62,000 nucleotides of DNA. Source: Botryllus schlosseri. Its lineage: Eukaryota. The notes under the pieces were generated by a model. That model was given only the letters and a program-made list of their open reading frames with translations, was not told the DNA's origin and did no database searches. This document shows positions 60,901 to 62,000 of this stretch, piece by piece. The stretch spans positions 1,426,001 through 1,488,000 of the forward strand of contig CM119378.1 in assembly GCA_051294905.1 (NCBI GenBank), in the 5' to 3' direction. The position numbers and the translations under genes are program-made. How positions within the stretch are numbered: position 1 is the first letter of the stretch; every line of letters starts with the position of its first letter.

Positions 60901-62000
60901 ATGACAAATTTAAATTGTAAACGTAGCAAAAACATATATCAAAACAAGGTTTTACTTCACAAAATTCAAAGTCTAAACGGCAAGAAGTTTTGCCAAATAA
61001 ACTGTTGAGTTCAAGTGAAAGTATCAAGAAAAACATGATCACTTGGAAAAGTTGCACAAGTAGATAAACCATACCTAAGTACTCCGATAAAGTAAAACAG
61101 GACGTTATATGTTTTTGCGGCATATACACTAACTCATGATACACATACACACGATCTGTGCATATGCATACCATGAGTGCATGATGTGCATATGCCGCTG
61201 GACAAGGAAGGTGCAGATATAGTCTTGTAAGACTTTCTAAGTCTTGCACCATGTACCACCCCTACATGCTATCCCAGTAATGCTGAGCGCCAAGCTGGGA
61301 AGCCATGGATACCAGCAGTACAAATCTTTGGTCTGGCCCAGCCAGGGAGTGAACCTACGACCTACATATCAAAAACCAGGACACTTCGCCATTACAGTAT
61401 CTTAAAGTACTTGGAAACTGACCACTTCAGTATGCAATGCTGAAAAAAGATTTCATACTATGTCAACTCACCCTGCTTCTATGTCGTCACAGCTTTTCGA
61501 CATGGCGACCATCATGAGACAAGTGTCCAGTCTCGAAGTAGCCGACAGAATCCATTCCTCGGCCGTCTCGAAAGACTCTTCGTACTGACGATGGTCCGTT
61601 ACGATCTGCTCGCATTCTCTCCAACGTTCCTGGGAACACAGAAAATGTAAAACGAATTCTAGTGTTGACAAGATATGATTTGGGTTGGGCACAACGATAT
61701 GTGTACTCAAACCCCAAGCGAGTATTAATTGTCAAGATTCAAGCAGACTTGGACAACTACATAATTTTAGTTGACTAATTCAAGTGAAATGCCGGTAATC
61801 TATTAGGGGTATAGACCTTCAATATATAATCAAATATTATATTCACTTGAAGCTACTCTGTACATCATCCATACTCTTAATAACTTATTAGTCAATTCCT
61901 ATTCAAATCACTCAGGCACTCGACCCCCAACAGCCCTAGTCATAACAGGAAATACCTTGACTTTTTTAGAGATTCCGTGGTAATTTGTAATTAGCTGGTG
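817..62000 (-). CDS. SYNE1: Giant spectrin-repeat protein, nesprin-1-like (multi-exon, about 87 exons, partial at both ends)
   Basis: GT-AG exons chain in a consistent frame across the window and encode helical spectrin repeats with the typical conserved Trp (F/Y..L..WL). The peptides WLKEADIVTFPEVNL (27200-27313) and AKEELNRWSDMAG (57856-58062) closely resemble vertebrate nesprin-1 rod sequences as I recall them; not database-checked. Confidence 0.85.
999..1161 (-). CDS. SYNE1: nesprin-1-like exon
   Basis: AG/GT, phase 1-2, LQKSVDECESIFG. Confidence 0.85.
1250..1385. mobile_element. short hAT-type MITE (TAGGG...CCCTA)
   Basis: TIRs tagggttgtttaaaaataacttt / aaagttatttttgaacagcccta; interior related to 10833-11350; TSD degenerate. 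Confidence 0.65.
1425..1590 (-). CDS. SYNE1: nesprin-1-like exon
   Basis: AAG acceptor, phase 0-1, IWNAVDDKLVTLNRQ. Confidence 0.85.
1630..2050. mobile_element. long-TIR fold-back family, inverted arm pair
   Basis: Arms at about 1630-1755 and 1880-2050 are reverse complements of the window's dominant repeat. Confidence 0.65.
2071..2244 (-). CDS. SYNE1: nesprin-1-like exon
   Basis: phase 0-0, EFFIHLSNHRSYCLDM. Confidence 0.85.
2652..2762 (-). CDS. SYNE1: nesprin-1-like exon
   Basis: phase 0-0, LLHDYSEALNTGQEKI. Confidence 0.85.
2821..2958 (-). CDS. SYNE1: nesprin-1-like exon
   Basis: phase 0-0, IVFPAWSVCDTELQQL; followed by a 58-nt intron. Confidence 0.85.
3464..3661 (-). CDS. SYNE1: nesprin-1-like exon
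   Basis: phase 0-0, FLRVIFDAQHLSQ. Confidence 0.85.
3845..3994 (-). CDS. SYNE1: nesprin-1-like exon
   Basis: phase 0-0, ISTSDMDSEFAESIK. Confidence 0.85.
4348..4494 (-). CDS. SYNE1: nesprin-1-like exon
   Basis: phase 0-0, AVSSWMDETE. Confidence 0.85.
4852..4959 (-). CDS. SYNE1: nesprin-1-like exon
   Basis: phase 0-0, ECLQDLQDCWKELK. Confidence 0.8.
5044..5216 (-). CDS. SYNE1: nesprin-1-like exon
   Basis: phase 1-0, LTPEDMKKNWDDLL. Confidence 0.85.
5342..5428 (+). mobile_element. tRNA-derived SINE head (truncated)
   Basis: A-box-like taatggtagaatg and B-box ggttcgaatcc; homologous to the start of 50865-51205. Confidence 0.7.
5739..5865 (-). CDS. SYNE1: nesprin-1-like exon
   Basis: phase 0-1, VLDTETASEEDLIK. 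Confidence 0.8.
6080..6611. mobile_element. hAT (Charlie/Buster-like) MITE
   Basis: TIR caggggtagctaacc / ggttggccgcccctg; perfect 8-bp TSD ttgtatat; inserted into an arm of the dominant repeat. Confidence 0.85.
6786..6872 (-). CDS. SYNE1: nesprin-1-like exon
   Basis: phase 0-0, ATLTAKQDETIQSYEEQVKRMQDWL. Confidence 0.85.
6982..7106 (-). CDS. SYNE1: nesprin-1-like exon
   Basis: phase 1-0, KTLSLSRGDRENVELIEQ. Confidence 0.8.
7300..7416 (-). CDS. SYNE1: nesprin-1-like exon (non-spectrin, Ser-rich)
   Basis: phase 1-1, EGTSDPKAIRPVAQ. Confidence 0.65.
7704..7730 (-). CDS. SYNE1: candidate 27-nt microexon
   Basis: tttttgtgtag|GC GAA TTG AAG TCA AGA AGT CCG AAA G|gtatag; phase 1-1 matches neighbours; ELKSRSPK. 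Confidence 0.55.
7968..8093 (-). CDS. SYNE1: nesprin-1-like exon
   Basis: phase 1-1, TDAEPAGSLGADLAFLQ. Confidence 0.8.
8238..8355 (-). CDS. SYNE1: nesprin-1-like exon
   Basis: phase 0-1, IKMLEDEQYCRM. Confidence 0.8.
8826..9002 (-). CDS. SYNE1: nesprin-1-like exon
   Basis: phase 0-0, SLIDDLNRLQCKLES. Confidence 0.85.
9075..9290. repeat. dispersed repeat (also at about 17460-17520, 33630-33870, 58072-58190)
   Basis: Shared motifs aaaacaccaca...gaaacgacttggagtag...tgtaaataagaggcatg. Confidence 0.6.
9700..9858 (-). CDS. SYNE1: nesprin-1-like exon
   Basis: phase 0-0, LSQRVRELLLS. Confidence 0.8.
10491..10582 (-). CDS. SYNE1: nesprin-1-like exon (linker)
   Basis: phase 1-0, IPRLLLPIDASSPY. 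Confidence 0.75.
10833..11350. mobile_element. palindromic hAT-type MITE
   Basis: About 110-bp TIRs tagggctcttcaaaaatgac / gtcatttttgaagagcacta, internal palindrome, TSD acgtacaa/atgtacaa. Confidence 0.85.
11584..11694 (-). CDS. SYNE1: nesprin-1-like exon (Ser-rich linker)
   Basis: phase 1-1, SSESSSLLDADVISP. Confidence 0.7.
11753..11971 (-). CDS. SYNE1: nesprin-1-like exon (Ser-rich linker)
   Basis: phase 1-1, APASSRVDGNEK...SKSPKKSPES. Confidence 0.7.
12465..12557 (-). CDS. SYNE1: nesprin-1-like exon
   Basis: AAG acceptor, phase 1-1, LEERKKLLREIDGY. Confidence 0.75.
13147..13365 (-). CDS. SYNE1: nesprin-1-like exon
   Basis: phase 1-1, EPKQLQESAALNL. Confidence 0.8.
13549..13701 (-). CDS. 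SYNE1: nesprin-1-like exon
   Basis: phase 1-1, VERLARKYPNLD. Confidence 0.8.
13783..13897 (-). CDS. SYNE1: nesprin-1-like exon
   Basis: phase 0-1, LSSECKDLESDIKK. Confidence 0.8.
14205..14585. mobile_element. long-TIR fold-back family, inverted arm pair
   Basis: Minus arm at about 14205-14340, plus arm at about 14375-14585. Confidence 0.7.
14732..14908 (-). CDS. SYNE1: nesprin-1-like exon
   Basis: phase 0-0, NLRKELRQLQSNID. Confidence 0.8.
15039..15176 (-). CDS. SYNE1: nesprin-1-like exon
   Basis: phase 0-0, AIDYQEEVDETDAFLKKW. Confidence 0.85.
15225..15788. mobile_element. long-TIR fold-back family, inverted arm pair
   Basis: Minus arm at about 15225-15410; plus arm ends with ctgtacctccaagaagctc. 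Confidence 0.7.
15816..16004 (-). CDS. SYNE1: nesprin-1-like exon
   Basis: AAG acceptor, phase 0-0, VLKSQLDEVYVRL. Confidence 0.85.
16221..16355 (-). CDS. SYNE1: nesprin-1-like exon
   Basis: AAG acceptor, phase 0-0, DLEAAKSLREEYQKE. Confidence 0.8.
16820..16990 (-). CDS. SYNE1: nesprin-1-like exon
   Basis: AAG acceptor, phase 0-0, LKERLSKKREYFESW. Confidence 0.8.
17198..17384 (-). CDS. SYNE1: nesprin-1-like exon
   Basis: phase 2-0, LKEEANEKVSK. Confidence 0.85.
17801..17956 (-). CDS. SYNE1: nesprin-1-like exon
   Basis: phase 2-2, SLLASLSKDLHAT. Confidence 0.85.
18544..18695 (-). CDS. SYNE1: nesprin-1-like exon
   Basis: phase 0-2, EVERLFQQQLQEWESY. Confidence 0.85.
19268..19426 (-). CDS. 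SYNE1: nesprin-1-like exon
   Basis: phase 0-0, TVLSEIAQLDHEV. Confidence 0.85.
19559..19705 (-). CDS. SYNE1: nesprin-1-like exon
   Basis: phase 0-0, KSAVSWEGFDEEV. Confidence 0.85.
19790..20389. mobile_element. palindromic MITE related to 10833-11350
   Basis: Inverted ttgttaggttgcctagaaaaacgctg / cagcgtttttaggcaacctaacaa; ends with cccta. Confidence 0.65.
20402..20474 (+). repeat. 23-bp tandem repeat x3
   Basis: Unit tagtgtcattaatcattttgtgt. Confidence 0.9.
20702..20890 (-). CDS. SYNE1: nesprin-1-like exon
   Basis: phase 0-0, ALFMTEDEVLSNID. Confidence 0.85.
21923..21952 (-). CDS. SYNE1: candidate 30-nt microexon
   Basis: cgtgaaag|GAG GAG GAA AGC TCC AGT TCT GAC GAC TCT|gtgagt; phase 0-0 matches flanking exons; EEESSSSDDS. 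Confidence 0.45.
22179..22546. mobile_element. hAT-type MITE with (aactag/ctagtt) subterminal repeats
   Basis: TIR cagacttgtacaaacta / tagtttgtacaagtctg; TSD gtttatta/gtttatca; relatives at 5430-5553 and 30633-31138. Confidence 0.8.
22899..23051 (-). CDS. SYNE1: nesprin-1-like exon
   Basis: phase 0-0, TRLEDAFAVRQKY. Confidence 0.85.
23135..23305 (-). CDS. SYNE1: nesprin-1-like exon
   Basis: phase 0-0, LIQEEVQSRLRM. Confidence 0.85.
23523..23661 (-). CDS. SYNE1: nesprin-1-like exon
   Basis: phase 2-0, LMSRRDFQGELEYGIVWL. Confidence 0.85.
24477..24664 (-). CDS. SYNE1: nesprin-1-like exon
   Basis: phase 0-2, QTAAELTSAQIEL. Confidence 0.85.
25180..25340 (+). repeat. about 40-bp degenerate tandem repeat
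   Basis: Repeated aaaaagcttagtagctatcattctaattctaat within a dispersed aattag-rich family. Confidence 0.65.
25393..25580 (-). CDS. SYNE1: nesprin-1-like exon
   Basis: phase 1-0, TAIFHRLMQQSTQ. Confidence 0.8.
26023..26134 (-). CDS. SYNE1: nesprin-1-like exon
   Basis: phase 0-1, ATKDTLAKKKPRL. Confidence 0.85.
26205..26394 (-). CDS. SYNE1: nesprin-1-like exon
   Basis: phase 2-0, VCAAAVEKEERLVEMMVSRKEY. Confidence 0.85.
26989..27131 (-). CDS. SYNE1: nesprin-1-like exon
   Basis: phase 0-2, QISSESVAYQDLV. Confidence 0.85.
27200..27313 (-). CDS. SYNE1: nesprin-1-like exon
   Basis: phase 0-0, ADCDRCHRWLKEADIVTFPEVNL (strongly nesprin-1-like). Confidence 0.9.
27566..28089. mobile_element. hAT-type MITE with GACTCGAGTC subterminal arrays
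   Basis: TIR caggcttgtaa / ttacaatcctg; perfect TSD ccttaacc; inserted in an arm of the dominant repeat. Confidence 0.85.
28332..28423 (-). CDS. SYNE1: nesprin-1-like exon
   Basis: AAG acceptor, phase 1-0, LGDHYIEVEDLW. Confidence 0.8.
29327..29417 (-). CDS. SYNE1: nesprin-1-like exon
   Basis: phase 0-1, ALFREIMRHKKTVDDV. Confidence 0.85.
29651..29749 (-). CDS. SYNE1: nesprin-1-like exon
   Basis: phase 0-0, AIAWLEHLRESL. Confidence 0.85.
30336..30563 (-). CDS. SYNE1: nesprin-1-like exon
   Basis: phase 0-0, ILCKELSHKKEEF. Confidence 0.85.
30633..31138. mobile_element. hAT-type MITE (same family as 22179-22546)
   Basis: cagacctgtacaaactac ... tttgaacaagtctg with aactag arrays. Confidence 0.75.
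31185..31392 (-). CDS. SYNE1: nesprin-1-like exon
   Basis: phase 2-0, CVQQKWVDCEHK. Confidence 0.85.
31634..31752 (-). CDS. SYNE1: nesprin-1-like exon
   Basis: phase 0-2, DIVDEMDSLQGIL. Confidence 0.85.
32287..32392 (-). CDS. SYNE1: nesprin-1-like exon
   Basis: AAG acceptor, phase 2-0, YLNYVQGVVKEV. Confidence 0.8.
32951..33071 (-). CDS. SYNE1: nesprin-1-like exon
   Basis: phase 1-2, SAMDPGFQEVYSQW. Confidence 0.85.
33391..33589 (-). CDS. SYNE1: nesprin-1-like exon
   Basis: AAG acceptor, phase 0-1, GWLGETKAILER. Confidence 0.85.
34018..34184 (-). CDS. SYNE1: nesprin-1-like exon
   Basis: phase 1-0, IQEFIAESILLHP. Confidence 0.85.
34745..36355. mobile_element. fold-back hAT-type element with about 616-bp inverted arms
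   Basis: TAGGG...CCCTA termini, perfect 8-bp TSD atctacat; arms 34745-35360 and 35741-36355; 380-bp spacer. Confidence 0.92.
36410..36632 (-). CDS. SYNE1: nesprin-1-like exon
   Basis: phase 0-1, TTYLTVHDAATQL. Confidence 0.85.
37019..37124 (-). CDS. SYNE1: nesprin-1-like exon
   Basis: phase 2-0, NEVQSLSSMSKRL. Confidence 0.8.
37751..37944 (-). CDS. SYNE1: nesprin-1-like exon
   Basis: phase 0-2, VKVHQDYFEGMQAAEKWL. Confidence 0.85.
38449..38626 (-). CDS. SYNE1: nesprin-1-like exon
   Basis: phase 2-0, FMSYQEEIVKHNE. Confidence 0.85.
38724..39240. mobile_element. hAT-type MITE with tgcaactttt repeats
   Basis: TIR taaggcaagtttttg / caaaaacttgctcta; TSD gttatgat/gttaagat. Confidence 0.8.
39428..39606 (-). 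CDS. SYNE1: nesprin-1-like exon
   Basis: phase 0-2, ELLSRVQNERGNL. Confidence 0.85.
39717..40200. mobile_element. truncated GACTCGAGTC-family hAT MITE
   Basis: Starts cagtgttgggatcaagtcac; reverse complement of the right part of 53762-54722. Confidence 0.8.
40265..40426 (-). CDS. SYNE1: nesprin-1-like exon
   Basis: phase 0-0, ECSDKLDEVLA. Confidence 0.85.
41047..41241 (-). CDS. SYNE1: nesprin-1-like exon
   Basis: phase 0-0, VTQMMSRYQALI. Confidence 0.85.
41995..42159 (-). CDS. SYNE1: nesprin-1-like exon
   Basis: phase 0-0, IELTGSLPENREL. Confidence 0.85.
42571..42723 (-). CDS. SYNE1: nesprin-1-like exon
   Basis: phase 0-0, TLREEWERIREN. Confidence 0.8.
42969..45271. mobile_element. Tc1/mariner (pogo/Tigger-like) non-autonomous element carrying a nested insertion
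   Basis: TA|ccgtaattttccaagtatagtacg ... cggattatacatggagaattatgg|TA; subterminal repeats ccatgtataatacgcacc. Confidence 0.75.
43332..44757 (+). mobile_element. hAT Charlie/Buster deletion derivative with transposase C-terminal remnant
   Basis: TIR cagcggttctcaacc / ggttgagaaccactg; perfect TSD ctctatat; decayed motif PKVSSEALCVNIALASIYLCGNGF at about 44375-44450. Confidence 0.88.
45322..45432 (-). CDS. SYNE1: nesprin-1-like exon
   Basis: phase 0-0, ALEALKSETPEG. Confidence 0.8.
45897..46051 (-). CDS. SYNE1: nesprin-1-like exon
   Basis: phase 1-0, LLNEAEILAESA. Confidence 0.85.
46222..46423 (-). CDS. SYNE1: nesprin-1-like exon
   Basis: phase 0-1, PLSPEALFSDLEK. Confidence 0.85.
46872..46995 (-). 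CDS. SYNE1: nesprin-1-like exon
   Basis: phase 2-0, EKLRKCISAWERY. Confidence 0.85.
47393..47510 (-). CDS. SYNE1: nesprin-1-like exon
   Basis: phase 1-2, HSDKILPTTALKG. Confidence 0.85.
47581..47673 (-). CDS. SYNE1: nesprin-1-like exon
   Basis: phase 1-1, GKEMLEQRLHKL. Confidence 0.85.
48264..48528 (-). CDS. SYNE1: nesprin-1-like exon
   Basis: phase 0-1, SIAEDVTDPNYKF. Confidence 0.85.
48575..49429 (-). mobile_element. hAT-type transposon remnant
   Basis: ORF 48876-49115 contains STTAAVERSFSILGKLFSKERHFLPENV (hAT C-terminal dimerisation motif); ttttgac subterminal repeats; left boundary uncertain. Confidence 0.7.
49503..49667 (-). CDS. SYNE1: nesprin-1-like exon
   Basis: phase 0-0, EKEQSLQSYVEQL; an alternative in-frame acceptor would extend the exon to 49694. 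Confidence 0.8.
49725..49886 (-). CDS. SYNE1: nesprin-1-like exon
   Basis: phase 0-0, ELLKSVDEGKAKL. Confidence 0.85.
50096..50798. mobile_element. Merlin-like non-autonomous element with G-rich internal repeats
   Basis: TIR ggcgcttcttcgatacatccccgagatcaaa, TSD caaagttt, internal (gatattagggttg)n and inverted copies. Confidence 0.7.
50486..50665 (-). mobile_element. probable LINE 3' end fragment nested in the Merlin-like element
   Basis: Minus strand ends aagaaataaa(tc)n and interrupts the host's internal symmetry. Confidence 0.45.
50865..51205 (+). mobile_element. tRNA-derived SINE, near full length
   Basis: A/B boxes (taatggtgaagcg, ggttcgatccc), central cttccccgcttggcgctca block, (ccttt)n tail; second copy at 61099-61403. 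Confidence 0.85.
51214..51400 (-). CDS. SYNE1: nesprin-1-like exon
   Basis: phase 2-0, YDNMKMKLAKLR. Confidence 0.85.
51676..51809 (-). CDS. SYNE1: nesprin-1-like exon
   Basis: phase 0-2, SLLQDLDDMQEG. Confidence 0.85.
51990..52307. mobile_element. degenerate hAT-type MITE
   Basis: gggttc subterminal motifs; ends with ggttcggaaacactg. Confidence 0.5.
52370..52508 (-). CDS. SYNE1: nesprin-1-like exon
   Basis: phase 2-0, VEKSALREALTEF. Confidence 0.85.
53113..53214 (-). CDS. SYNE1: nesprin-1-like exon
   Basis: phase 2-2, LKEEWRSWDRGM. Confidence 0.85.
53541..55529 (+). mobile_element. hAT Charlie/Buster derivative, middle layer
   Basis: agtggttctcaacc / ggttgagaaccactg; TSD gtatacac/gtttacac; remnant YPNLSSQALRVIFTFATTSVCGDRFST at about 54975-55055; related to 43332-44757. 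Confidence 0.88.
53762..54722. mobile_element. GACTCGAGTC-family hAT MITE, inner layer
   Basis: cagtgttg...caacactg; TSD tatcctac/aatcctac; (gactt)n arrays. Confidence 0.88.
56635..57085. mobile_element. Merlin-like non-autonomous element (second copy)
   Basis: GG...CC TIRs ggcgttctttgatatacccccgagatcaa / ttgatcttggcggtatatcgaagaagcgcc; perfect 8-bp TSD aaaatgtg. Confidence 0.75.
57193..57314 (-). CDS. SYNE1: nesprin-1-like exon
   Basis: AAG acceptor, phase 0-2, ALKASRSHGRQKL. Confidence 0.85.
57856..58062 (-). CDS. SYNE1: nesprin-1-like exon
   Basis: phase 0-0, DMLHQYELV...WINSAKEELNRWSDMAG. Confidence 0.9.
58567..58654 (-). CDS. SYNE1: nesprin-1-like exon
   Basis: phase 2-0, LILQDVESHEEAV. 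Confidence 0.85.
58701..59366. mobile_element. long-TIR fold-back family, near-complete copy
   Basis: Left arm at about 58701-58800; right arm at about 59155-59366 ending gttctgtacctccaagaagct. Confidence 0.7.
59609..59824 (-). CDS. SYNE1: nesprin-1-like exon
   Basis: AAG acceptor, phase 2-2, DQNALKSSYDEFL. Confidence 0.85.
59902..60285 (+). repeat. about 122-bp tandem repeat x3
   Basis: gtagaattggaagtagtccaaatc recurs at 59941, 60063 and 60186. Confidence 0.85.
60423..60560 (-). CDS. SYNE1: nesprin-1-like exon
   Basis: phase 2-2, LAAAQETLQDLTL. Confidence 0.85.
61099..61403 (-). mobile_element. tRNA-derived SINE
   Basis: Reverse complement homologous to 50865-51205. Confidence 0.8.
61472..61629 (-). 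CDS. SYNE1: nesprin-1-like exon
   Basis: phase 0-2, ERWRECEQIVTDH. Confidence 0.85.
61956..62000 (-). CDS. SYNE1: nesprin-1-like exon (partial, runs off window)
   Basis: HQLITNYHGISKKVK|gtattt, phase-0 donor. Confidence 0.75.

Noticed and set aside
817..62000. Dystrophin, MACF1/dystonin or spectrin as the gene identity
   Set aside because: Rod length and recalled nesprin-1-specific peptides (ADIVTFPEVNL, AKEELNRWSDM) favour SYNE1; BLASTP of the joined exons would settle it.

Overview
AT-rich eukaryotic (metazoan) DNA. The compact gene structure, with several 57-71 nt introns, suggests an invertebrate chordate such as an ascidian; this is inference. The whole window lies inside one giant minus-strand gene encoding a spectrin-repeat rod, most likely nesprin-1 (SYNE1). 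By hand I built about 87 GT-AG exons with consistent splice phases (about 12.8 kb CDS, about 4,300 aa). The gene runs off both ends, and neither CH nor KASH domains are in the window. The rod is interrupted by a Ser/Pro/acidic region made largely of phase-symmetric exons, and there are 27-nt and 30-nt candidate microexons. Introns are packed with non-autonomous DNA transposons: hAT-type elements with 8-bp TSDs (including a three-level nest and a 1.6-kb fold-back with about 616-bp arms), a Tc1/mariner-type element and Merlin-like elements. There are also tRNA-derived SINEs and an abundant long-TIR family that forms inverted pairs in at least ten introns. I found no prokaryotic features, CRISPR arrays, rRNA or genuine tRNA genes, and no convincing wholly new biological system. 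All calls come from manual reading without database searches.
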